53,856 nt of DNA from the IMG/VR virus record IMGVR_UViG_3300025110_000018, positions 1-53,856 of that record; one strand, written 5' to 3'. Shown here piece by piece: positions 44,321-53,326 of this stretch (positions are counted from its first letter, which is position 1; every line of letters begins with the position of its first letter). The notes below the pieces were generated by a model that had not been told where the DNA came from, ran no database searches, and saw only the letters and a program-made list of their open reading frames with translations. The position numbers and the translations under genes were made by a program. This DNA comes from a virus. Its lineage: Duplodnaviria > Caudoviricetes.

Positions 44321-46825
44321 TTAGTTTCCTTTTCGTATTATGTCAACTTTAGGCATCATAGAATCTGCATTTGGTAACGTTTTACCTAAAATTGTTTTTT
44401 GAATTGACGTATCAGCTCTTAATTCTGCCAATTCTTCGTTCTGTTCTAGTTTTTCGTCTTGATTTTGCTGATTCATCATTGCTTTCATCTTATCAAGATT
44501 GATTCTGTCCTCACCTTCCCTCTCTTTTCTAGCATTTTCTTGTGCTCGAAGGTCTAATTCTCTTGCTCTTAGTTTAGCAATAGGGTCATTATCAAATTGT
44601 GATGTAATTTTCTTCTCTTCGTTCATAAAATCTTCCATCATTTCAGCAATTAATTGTGCTTTTCTTGCTTCTATCCTCTGAGTCACCTGCATAACCTGCA
44701 TTTGTATCTGTTGAGCCATCATTGGATTAGCTTGTGCTTGCATTTGCATAGCTTGTAGCTGTTGCATCTCATTTCTAAACTCTAATTCTACCTGTTCTTG
44801 TGACATTAAACTAATGTGTTCAAAAATATTTTTCTCCAAACTTGCCATAACCATTGGATTATTTCTAGCTATGTTAGTTGCCATAAAATTTAAATGAGCT
44901 GTGATGTGTGATCTATGATCTTGACCAGGAAACGCTTGAAACGGTGCACCACCTAATGCTTGAATGTGCTCTACAGCAGGATCCATCGGTTGTGGTGGTT
45001 GTGGTTTCACTAATATTTGATCAATGTTTTTTACACCTAACGCTTCATACATATTTCTGTATGCTTGATACATGTTATGCATTTGTGGATTAGATTGTGC
45101 CAGTTGCAGCTCTGACTGCGCGAGGGATATACGCTGTGTTTGTGAAAAAATGTTGGGGTCAGCAACTGGCAATATATCTACTCTATCATCAAAGTCTGAT
45201 TGTTTAATCATTCTTTGGCCCCCAACTACATCATACGGATACTCTTGAGGTAGATATAACTTGAATACTCTTGCTAAAATTCTGAATTCATTTTTTAAAG
45301 CAGAGTAAATTCTTTTGTGAATAGCAGACATAGTTCTAGAACCACGCTCAAGAAGAGCTACTGTAGTTCCAACTGCTGCTTGTTGATTGCCTTCTCCAAC
45401 TTGCATGTCAGCAATAGATGCAAATCTTTGACCTGCTGAAACAACCACACCCATTAATTGTAATAAAGTTTGTGATGGTTCTTTAAATGGTAACATCATA
45501 AATGAATCTCTTAAATTTCCACCTGGTGCATCTACATCTCTAAACTCACCTGGTTGAATTGATTGTGCATCATCTCTGATTCTAATACCACGCATCTTGA
45601 ATCCTGCAGGTAAGTTAGACAGGGTTCCGGCATCTAGTAATTGTCTTAATGCAGCGGTTGCTGTTCTTGATAATCCACCAATCATGTGAATTAAACCAAA
45701 ACCATAAAAACCTAAACCTGGTAAAAATTTGAAATGTACAAAATATTGTATTTTATTTTTGTTTGGATCACCTATTTCATAATTTCTTTTAATAGATAAT
45801 ATTTCTCTTGATGCTTCTTCAAGAGTTACAATGTAAGGGACTTTAATTCCGGATGGCTCACCAGTCTGTTGATTGACATCTTCAAAACCTTCAAGATCTA
45901 AATCAACATGACACTCTAACAAAGTGTAAACATCTTCGTTCGCAGTTTTACTTACACCTTCGAGTTCTCTTTCTTTTTGTTCAACTGCAGTTTCTTTATC
46001 TGCAGGTTTTCCAATATCTATGTCTCTGTAAAAACCAGCGACTTGTTGTTTTCTTAAATCGTTCTCTGAAATTTTTACACGATGAATAATTGCTTCCGCA
46101 TCATCCAATGAGGTAGCTGTGTACGGAACAATTAAATCATCTGCAGGAACAAATTTACTTACAGCTCTTTGTTCCATTTCATCGTAGTAAACTTTTTTAA
46201 ATGTACTACCTGAAAGTGGTAAGTGAAATAGCATAGAGTCAAACTCTGGTTCATATTCTTTCATCTTCTCCATGATTTCATAATTCATGTAATCTTCAAC
46301 ACGTTCTGCCTGACTTGTTTTTTCTGCAGAAGGTGCTCCTAAAATTTGTGTTCTTACTGGTCCATCTGCTGGCAATAATTCTTTGTATGCTAAAGCTTGA
46401 AACTGTGTGACTGCTTCTGCAAGAACTGGGTGAGTTGCACCTGATGCACCTGAGAAAGGTTCAGTTCTGTTGTCGTATTTAAAACCTAAAAGGTCTAAAC
46501 CTTTTGTGTAAGTTTGTTCCCAATCTTTTCTTGAAGAAGTGTAATCTTGATATTTTGCATTTAAGTCAGACGCTAATCTTCCTAATACTTCATCCGGTAA
46601 AAAATCTGCTAAGTTTGCATAATGTTCATCACCACCTTCTGGTGTTGCTGCAGCTGGATCAAGATTTATATCTACTGATCCATCTTCATTTTCTAGTACT
46701 TCTACAGGACCAGGAGACTCTTGTTGTTCTTCAGCTGTCTCTACTACCTGTTCTTGTATTTCTTCCTCACCTGGAACTTCAAATGTTTTTCTTGGTTCGT
46801 TTGGAAGTGATTTGTCTGTTGCCAT
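44321..46825 (-). CDS. Portal protein
   Basis: 834 aa, HPVLAEAVTQFQA, GSTFKKVYYD, GFYGFGL, Q/M-rich coiled C-terminus; lies between terL and the head genes. Confidence 0.88.
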   Translation of the reverse strand: MATDKSLPNEPRKTFEVPGEEEIQEQVVETAEEQQESPGPVEVLENEDGSVDINLDPAAATPEGGDEHYANLADFLPDEVLGRLASDLNAKYQDYTSSRKDWEQTYTKGLDLLGFKYDNRTEPFSGASGATHPVLAEAVTQFQALAYKELLPADGPVRTQILGAPSAEKTSQAERVEDYMNYEIMEKMKEYEPEFDSMLFHLPLSGSTFKKVYYDEMEQRAVSKFVPADDLIVPYTATSLDDAEAIIHRVKISENDLRKQQVAGFYRDIDIGKPADKETAVEQKERELEGVSKTANEDVYTLLECHVDLDLEGFEDVNQQTGEPSGIKVPYIVTLEEASREILSIKRNYEIGDPNKNKIQYFVHFKFLPGLGFYGFGLIHMIGGLSRTATAALRQLLDAGTLSNLPAGFKMRGIRIRDDAQSIQPGEFRDVDAPGGNLRDSFMMLPFKEPSQTLLQLMGVVVSAGQRFASIADMQVGEGNQQAAVGTTVALLERGSRTMSAIHKRIYSALKNEFRILARVFKLYLPQEYPYDVVGGQRMIKQSDFDDRVDILPVADPNIFSQTQRISLAQSELQLAQSNPQMHNMYQAYRNMYEALGVKNIDQILVKPQPPQPMDPAVEHIQALGGAPFQAFPGQDHRSHITAHLNFMATNIARNNPMVMASLEKNIFEHISLMSQEQVELEFRNEMQQLQAMQMQAQANPMMAQQIQMQVMQVTQRIEARKAQLIAEMMEDFMNEEKKITSQFDNDPIAKLRARELDLRAQENARKEREGEDRINLDKMKAMMNQQNQDEKLEQNEELAELRADTSIQKTILGKTLPNADSMMPKVDIIRKGN

Positions 46826-46940
46826 TTATTTTCTCCGTAAGTTTTACATCTTTAACAGTATTATATGATAATTTCAAGCCCTGAGGCAGGGGTCCGGACT
46901 CAGGAGGTAATAAGTGTTTCTTTGGGTACTTATTTGTCAT
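46779..46940 (-). CDS. Small hypothetical protein
   Basis: MTNKYPKKHLLPPESGPLPQGL; overlaps both neighbours. Confidence 0.5.
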   Translation of the reverse strand: MTNKYPKKHLLPPESGPLPQGLKLSYNTVKDVKLTEKINGNRQITSKRTKKNI

Positions 46941-49707
46941 TTTTTTTCTTTGGTTCAAAATCCATAAAATTATCTTCAAACTTAGTTCCATCCTGAATCA
47001 CGTCATCAGGTACACCATCAACAGTATCATAAATCTCACCTTTTTGTGGTCCACTTGTTCTTATATATGAAGTATCTTCTACGTATTCATCAGCAACTTT
47101 TCCTGTTGTTTCATCAGCTTGACCTATTCCAGGTTTATAATTCATGTATGTTTCTTCTGCTAAATTTTCATCGTAGTAATTAAAGTCACTATCTAGTTTA
47201 ACTCTTTGAATTGTTGTTTCTCCTGTTGTAACATCTTCTGTTAACCTGTAGTCTTCATATTCAGTAACAACTTCTCTTTCTTTAGTTGCAGATTTTTTTG
47301 TTACATCATCACCTAAATTTTTAATTTTTTTATATAAGTTTATAAAATGTGTTGGTGCTCCTTCAAAAGTTTTTTGTATAACCGGTGCTGCAGCTTCTGT
47401 AATTTTAGCTGCAGGTTTAAAAAATTTACCAAAAATAGGTATTGATGCAAGGCCACCCATGATTTTTATAAACGTTCTTTTACTTGGATCTGATGGTCCA
47501 TCTGCGAAACCCAATCTCATAATACCGCCATTCATCGCTCCACCTCTCATGATTGGGTCTTCGTAACCAAACGCTTTATCCATTTCTTCATACTCACCTG
47601 ATTGATATTGTCTTCGCATGTCAATAATATTTTGTGCATCAAGATTGTACATCTTCAAAGCTCTTTGTTCGTCATCTGTTAGCGTTGGCTCTTTAAACAT
47701 ACCTTCAACTCCACCTAATGTAGGTCTAGCTTGTTGAGCTACCGTTTGTTTTCTAAGTGCACTTTGTAATTCATCACCTAACCCTTTTGATTTTACGTAG
47801 TCCGCTTTTTCTTTTATGTCTTTAAAAATTGTACCTATACCTACTGTACCAATGTCTAATGCCATTTCTTTTGGAGAGAGACCTCGTTGTTGCATGTCAC
47901 CCATGAATAATCCTTCAACAGGAAAAACTGATCCTGCACCTTTTAAAGTTGTTTGTGCTATTTTACCTGCTGCAGGTCCATATAGTGTAATTGCTTTAGC
48001 TAATTTATCTGCACCTAATAATTTAGGATCTATGAATCCTTTTTGAGATTTACTTCCTATTTTTTTACGAGATTTACTCCCTATTTTTTTACGTAACTTT
48101 GATTCTAACCTTCTTTTAAAATCAATAGCTTCTTTTTCATCATATTTAGTCAAAGGTTTTTCAATTTCACCTGCTTGCTGTCCACCACCTATAGGTTCTA
48201 CTCTAACTTTATCATCTAAAGGAAAACCATATTCATTTGTTCTTGCATAGAATTTATTAAAACCAATATAGGGTTTGTATTTTTTAGGTAATGTTTCTAC
48301 TGCTTCATTTACAATGCTTTCCGCCTCTTTGTTTAATACATCAACTTTTTTTAAAAGATCTAAAGCTTCTCCTTCATTTTTATTTTCCATTGCTTTAAAT
48401 GATGCCGTAATGGTATCACTTATTTCATCTGCTATGTTGTTTAATTTTTTATTGTATGGAGATAACTTAGAGTTCATAGCTTTACTGATAAATGCAACAT
48501 CATTTTTTGTAAGAGGTACTTCTCCACCTATTTGTTTTATGTGATGAAAGGGGTACTCTGGAGTTCCTTTTTGGTATTTAAATTGTGGTCCAGTAACTTT
48601 TTCTACCCTGTCTAATCTTTTTTTATTAGTCGCCGCTGAATCAGCCGGAGGGTGTTGTAAATTCATATCTCTTATAAAAACACTATTAATTTTTTCAACA
48701 GAGTCTAAAGAAATATTATATTTTTTTGCTAAAAATTCATTTGTTCTAGCAGCTTTGGGTTTTGAAAATATTTCAACTAAATCATCTATATATTCTTGTT
48801 CCATTTCAGGATTTGGAAACCTTACCATTCCTCCATCCATCGTGCTATGAGTTGGTTTATCTATTTTTCTAGTTTTAAAATATTCTCTAGCTGCATCAAG
48901 TCCTTTTTGTCCAGCGCCCTCAAGAGATCTTCCTTCAGAAAAAGTAAAATCACCTATATTACGTTTAATTGTTTTTATCGGTCGACCTGACTCATTAACC
49001 ATTTCTGTCATAGTTGGATCTCTACCTAATTCTGTTTTTAAAGTATTGTAGATATTTGTTAGTTCTTCAGTCGTAGCTGCTTGATCAACTAATTTAATTC
49101 CTGCATCAGCCATAGCTCTTTTCATAGTTGATCTGCTGACTTTAAAGAACTCAGCTACCTCATTTATAGTTTTTCCATCATCTAAAAGGTCTTTTATTTC
49201 TTTTATGGTATCTGGTTCTGTTCCAAATTTAAACCCTTCTCTAGTCTCTAGTCCTGGTAAAGTCTCACCAGGATTTTGTTTTATAAATTCTCTTAGTTGT
49301 TTAGTTCTTTCGTTAATAAAATTAATTGCTTGTTCTTTACTAAAGGTCCCTGATTCCTGAACCTTGTCTAGTTGTTCTTGGAGCTTTGTGATCATCTCAT
49401 CTTTTGGAAAACCACCTAGTGCTCCTTTTATAAAACGATCTGCATTTTCTTTAAAAATTTCTTCTGTAAGGGGTTTTGGTTCAGGCACCATGGAGCCACC
49501 TTCAGATTTATTTTTTCTAGGATTTCTAAGTTCGAAATCTCTGATTGCTTTAATTAATTTTGGATTACTTGGTTTGTATTTATCACCAGTTACAATCTGA
49601 CCTGATTTTTTTAATTCTTCTACTGTAGTTGGTTTTTTACCGCTGCCGCCATTGAAACCTGGACGAGTCAGATAGGCCATCATCTGTTCATATTCGCCTA
49701 TCTTCAT
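46930..49707 (-). CDS. 925-aa modular protein (HTH-like, HNH-like and Tat-like segments separated by R-x5-G tags)
   Basis: Long ORF, TAATG-coupled; motifs detailed in the findings. Confidence 0.75.
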   Translation of the reverse strand: MKIGEYEQMMAYLTRPGFNGGSGKKPTTVEELKKSGQIVTGDKYKPSNPKLIKAIRDFELRNPRKNKSEGGSMVPEPKPLTEEIFKENADRFIKGALGGFPKDEMITKLQEQLDKVQESGTFSKEQAINFINERTKQLREFIKQNPGETLPGLETREGFKFGTEPDTIKEIKDLLDDGKTINEVAEFFKVSRSTMKRAMADAGIKLVDQAATTEELTNIYNTLKTELGRDPTMTEMVNESGRPIKTIKRNIGDFTFSEGRSLEGAGQKGLDAAREYFKTRKIDKPTHSTMDGGMVRFPNPEMEQEYIDDLVEIFSKPKAARTNEFLAKKYNISLDSVEKINSVFIRDMNLQHPPADSAATNKKRLDRVEKVTGPQFKYQKGTPEYPFHHIKQIGGEVPLTKNDVAFISKAMNSKLSPYNKKLNNIADEISDTITASFKAMENKNEGEALDLLKKVDVLNKEAESIVNEAVETLPKKYKPYIGFNKFYARTNEYGFPLDDKVRVEPIGGGQQAGEIEKPLTKYDEKEAIDFKRRLESKLRKKIGSKSRKKIGSKSQKGFIDPKLLGADKLAKAITLYGPAAGKIAQTTLKGAGSVFPVEGLFMGDMQQRGLSPKEMALDIGTVGIGTIFKDIKEKADYVKSKGLGDELQSALRKQTVAQQARPTLGGVEGMFKEPTLTDDEQRALKMYNLDAQNIIDMRRQYQSGEYEEMDKAFGYEDPIMRGGAMNGGIMRLGFADGPSDPSKRTFIKIMGGLASIPIFGKFFKPAAKITEAAAPVIQKTFEGAPTHFINLYKKIKNLGDDVTKKSATKEREVVTEYEDYRLTEDVTTGETTIQRVKLDSDFNYYDENLAEETYMNYKPGIGQADETTGKVADEYVEDTSYIRTSGPQKGEIYDTVDGVPDDVIQDGTKFEDNFMDFEPKKKNDK
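48045..48092. repeat. 24-nt tandem duplication (SKSRKKIG-phase peptide repeat)
   Basis: GAGATTTACT(T/C)CCTATTTTTTTAC twice, one mismatch. Confidence 0.85.
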
Positions 49708-51116
49708 TACATCCCCATCAAATAATTTAGACCACCTTCGGCGTTATCTTTTCTAGTTTTCTTACCTTGTTCAAGAATGTCTATAATTTCGTCTGGACCT
49801 TTACCTGTTTCCATTAATTTAAAAGTTTGATCTAATGTTGCTAGAACTTGTGCTTTATGCTGTGGATCTGGATCTGCAATAATGTTATCTAATAAATCAT
49901 CATCAATACCCGGATATTTTTGTTTAAGTTCAAGTCGTTCTACCATTTTAGGAGTAAGTTCTCTTGCTCTTTCTAGCTCTGATGTATCTGGTGCAAATTG
50001 TGAATCTCCAAAATTTTCAGAAGTAATTTCATCTCCTTGTTTTATTGGTTTTGATCCAGGTGTCTGGCCTCCAGGGACTTTACCACCTAATCCTCTTTTT
50101 TTTGTAATCATGCCATAAGCTTCACCATAAGCATTGATAATATCTTTTTGATCAAACAGCTCTCTGTCAACACCTAATTCTTCAAGCATCGAATCAAGTG
50201 CAGCGTCAGCATCATATTTAGAATCACCTGATTCAAAAATATTATCAACAGCTTTTTTAATTTCTTCTTTTAAATCTTTACCTTTAGATGCTAAGAACTT
50301 AGCTAATCTGATTCCAGATCCAATTTTATAGTTAGCTCTCATTATTCCACCCATTGCGTTTGGATCTCTATCTTCTGGATCAAAATCTTTTAAAATTTTT
50401 TCTTCTTTATCATCTCTTAGCATTTTTTCTAACTCATCGTCAGTCATTCCTTGCGGTGGATTTTTAGGTTGTTTTAAATCAAAGAATCCTTCGTCATCTA
50501 AAATCTTCGTAATTTCTGTAAATGATCCACCTCTGTTTTCTATTTCAATCAACTCATCACCAAGGCTAGAAAGATCATTTAATGTGTCTTGACCAAAAGT
50601 TTTCTTAAATACTTCTATTGGATCAACACCACCTTGATAACCTTCTATAATTGCTTTTGCTTCTCTTTCATCTGCAATATTAATTTTACCTTCTCTAGCT
50701 AGTTTTTGTAAAACTTGTCTTGCTGCAGTTCTAACAAGTCCCATTTTAGGATCTAATGGCCCACCTGATCTGTATGGATTATTTTTTAACATATTGAAAA
50801 GATCGTCTTTTTGTTTTTCTAGTCTTTGCATAATTCCTGATGCCTGACTCGGTGACTCTTCTACTCTCTTACCTCTTTTGTCTACACCGGGTTTAAATAC
50901 AGCTTCGATAACTTCGCCTTCTTTAGGTTTTTTAATTGAAGTAATACCGCCTTGAGGTTTTCTAAATACTTGTTCAATCTGTCTTTTTAATAAATCTGAA
51001 ACTTCACCAAACTCTCTTTTTGCAAAATCCATCGCTTCATCTGCAGATTTAACCACGCCTGATTCAGCTAGACGTCTAAGTGATTGTAAAAATTTTATTA
51101 TTGCGTTTGGGTTCAT
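49707..51116 (-). CDS. 469-aa acidic helical modular protein
   Basis: Long ORF coupled to terL; internal RDPNAMGG..RANYKIG and terminal RKDNAEGG tags. Confidence 0.75.
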   Translation of the reverse strand: MNPNAIIKFLQSLRRLAESGVVKSADEAMDFAKREFGEVSDLLKRQIEQVFRKPQGGITSIKKPKEGEVIEAVFKPGVDKRGKRVEESPSQASGIMQRLEKQKDDLFNMLKNNPYRSGGPLDPKMGLVRTAARQVLQKLAREGKINIADEREAKAIIEGYQGGVDPIEVFKKTFGQDTLNDLSSLGDELIEIENRGGSFTEITKILDDEGFFDLKQPKNPPQGMTDDELEKMLRDDKEEKILKDFDPEDRDPNAMGGIMRANYKIGSGIRLAKFLASKGKDLKEEIKKAVDNIFESGDSKYDADAALDSMLEELGVDRELFDQKDIINAYGEAYGMITKKRGLGGKVPGGQTPGSKPIKQGDEITSENFGDSQFAPDTSELERARELTPKMVERLELKQKYPGIDDDLLDNIIADPDPQHKAQVLATLDQTFKLMETGKGPDEIIDILEQGKKTRKDNAEGGLNYLMGM

Positions 51117-52594
51117 TAATAATAAGTCCTTTGTTTTTGAGGTAGCTCCTCGTCCTGATAGTCTTCAGGGTGTTCGATAAGTCCACCTTGTCTGAATCTC
51201 ATCACAGCTTGAGTCATAGAGTCAACCAAGTCATCATGGTCTCCATATGGAAATGCAGCACATTCTTCAATGACTTCCTGTGCAAACTCCATTTCTTTAG
51301 GCGCATAAATACGTCCTGACTCAAACAGTGGAGAAACACTGTTCACTCTTGTATGTTTATCATTTCCTTTGCTTGGTGTAAAGTTAATAACTGGGATTCC
51401 CATTTTTCTAAGTTCATATGTCAGAGGCAGCCCAGAGGCTTTAGATTCAATAATTACTGTCTCAGGATTCCAGTATCCGTATTGATCCATAGCAATTCTA
51501 CGTAATTCAGGAAACTCGTATCTACCTTTTAAGGAATCAACTAATATCAAACAAGGACCACTATCTTCACTGGGTGTAAAGACTCCCCATGTTGTTATCG
51601 CTGAAAAGTCAGCGGTAGATTTTTTCATAAACGCTGTATCGTAAGATTGTATAACATGTTCTAGTGGTGGTAAATCTCCTTCCCAATCTTGCCACCATTC
51701 TCTTTTGATCAAAGCTCCTTCTTCTCCGGTTGGATTCTGCATGTACTGTGCATTCCATTTTGAAAGGGGGATAGATGCTTTGACTCCTTCTAAATCTTTT
51801 ATGTTCCAATATTCAGGCCACAGAGGCTCACCGCTTGGCATGATGGCAGGAAATTCTATAACTTCCCATTGATCTGCTTTAGGTTCTTTTTGTGCAGAGA
51901 TTAATCTACCCGCCAAATCTTTTTGATTCCATCGTGTCATTACGATTACAATTGTTCCACCTGGTTGAAGACGTTGACGTGGACCAGATGTATACCATTC
52001 ATAAGTTCTTTCCAATGCTTGTGCATTCATTGCATCTTGTTCAGTATGTGGGTCATCAATAATTAATAGATCAGCACCACGACCTGTAATCGCTGATCCA
52101 ACACCGGCAGCATAATATTCACCACCTTGTTGTGTTTCCCATTTACCAGCAGCTTGAGAATCTTCTTTAAGTCTTGTTTGAAATACTTCTTTGTACTCAG
52201 GTGAATCCATAAGTTGTTTTGCTTTACGACCAAACCTTACAGATAATTCAGTTGTGTTTGTAGATTGAATAATTTTTAATTTAGGATTACGACCTACCAT
52301 CCAAGCAGGTAATAGGTATGATGCAAACTCAGACTTTGTATGTCTAGGTGCCATATTGATTATAACACGTTTAATCTTTCCACTTGCTATATCATTAAAT
52401 TTTTGTGCTACCTTTTTGTGATGAGAACCTTCTATAAAATCAGGCCATACATGTTTTACAAATGCCATGAAGTCATCTCTTATCTGAGACTCCTTTTTCT
52501 TCTCTTTCCACTTGTTCATATAAAGAGCTAATTGTCTTTTTACATCAGGTGGCAACTTTTCAAATTTTTTTAATTTTTCTTTGTCTAGGTTCAT
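51116..52594 (-). CDS. terL: Terminase large subunit
   Basis: Walker A MAPRHTKSE, Walker B LIIDDP, VMTRW, nuclease SYDTA..IESKASG..HDDLVDS. Confidence 0.95.
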   Translation of the reverse strand: MNLDKEKLKKFEKLPPDVKRQLALYMNKWKEKKKESQIRDDFMAFVKHVWPDFIEGSHHKKVAQKFNDIASGKIKRVIINMAPRHTKSEFASYLLPAWMVGRNPKLKIIQSTNTTELSVRFGRKAKQLMDSPEYKEVFQTRLKEDSQAAGKWETQQGGEYYAAGVGSAITGRGADLLIIDDPHTEQDAMNAQALERTYEWYTSGPRQRLQPGGTIVIVMTRWNQKDLAGRLISAQKEPKADQWEVIEFPAIMPSGEPLWPEYWNIKDLEGVKASIPLSKWNAQYMQNPTGEEGALIKREWWQDWEGDLPPLEHVIQSYDTAFMKKSTADFSAITTWGVFTPSEDSGPCLILVDSLKGRYEFPELRRIAMDQYGYWNPETVIIESKASGLPLTYELRKMGIPVINFTPSKGNDKHTRVNSVSPLFESGRIYAPKEMEFAQEVIEECAAFPYGDHDDLVDSMTQAVMRFRQGGLIEHPEDYQDEELPQKQRTYY

Positions 52595-52718
52595 AAACGT
52601 TTTGTAAAGTATTTCATGGATATCAATGTATAAAACTTAGCATATATGTCAAATATTGGGACCCCTTTTTTACAAAAGGTGATTAACTAATATAAAAAAT
52701 TGCAAATTTTGGAAGAGG

Positions 52719-52751
52719 CCTGGTACCTCTATCGTTGACAGAGGTACCAGG
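52719..52751 (-). terminator. 12-bp stem-loop separating the small early-type genes from terL
   Basis: CCTGGTACCTCT-N9-AGAGGTACCAGG, 8 nt after the stop of 52760..53035. Confidence 0.6.
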
Positions 52752-52759
52752 TAGAAAGG

Positions 52760-53035
52760 TTACGCCCAACGTTTGAGCGCCTGTTTCTTGATTAAGATTG
52801 CAGGGCCACTGACCCAGTCATCATAACCAAATGCATACTTATCTTTTGTAAATGTCTCACGCCATAACTTAGTTGCAGGTTCGTTAAGTTCTAAACCTTT
52901 AAGCTTGCCCTCTTCATTTACTATAAGATAATCACCGTTAGGGAATGAGATGCCTTCAACATATCCACCAACAAACTTTTGAGCCGACTCTAGCGTCGGC
53001 TCATCTTTAGTGTTTTCTATAATCTTTAGTTCCAT
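52760..53035 (-). CDS. DUF3846-like protein
   Basis: LESAQKFVGGYVE..IVNEEGKLKGLELNEPAT..GPAIL. Confidence 0.8.
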   Translation of the reverse strand: MELKIIENTKDEPTLESAQKFVGGYVEGISFPNGDYLIVNEEGKLKGLELNEPATKLWRETFTKDKYAFGYDDWVSGPAILIKKQALKRWA

Positions 53036-53271
53036 AAACCCTCCACAACGCCACCGTTTGTAGCTTTGTTAAGTGCTTCCAGGTACTCAGTTTCTGTCAT
53101 CATTAAAGTTGTTAAACAAAAATGATGTCTGTCAGCCTGGGTTTCCATTATTGGCGCTTTTAAATATTCAACCGCTTTATCTAAAAGTTCTTGTCTTCTA
53201 GATCCTCCTGGTTGCCACTCTGACTTAATAGTTTTTTTCTTTGCTTCTTCTGTGTTTATTGTTTTTGTCAT
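53026..53271 (-). CDS. Hypothetical protein
   Basis: 81 aa; AGAAAGG upstream; has its own promoter. Confidence 0.65.
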   Translation of the reverse strand: MTKTINTEEAKKKTIKSEWQPGGSRRQELLDKAVEYLKAPIMETQADRHHFCLTTLMMTETEYLEALNKATNGGVVEGLWN

Positions 53272-53288
53272 ATTATACCTTTCTTGTT

Positions 53289-53326
53289 AATAGGACTATC
53301 CTATTCTACAATCTGTCCATTGTCAA
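53289..53326 (-). promoter_or_regulatory. Sigma70-type promoter with a perfect palindromic operator
   Basis: TTGACA, 17-nt spacer, TAGGAT; AATAGGA-N3-TCCTATT (53289-53305) overlaps the -10. Confidence 0.6.
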
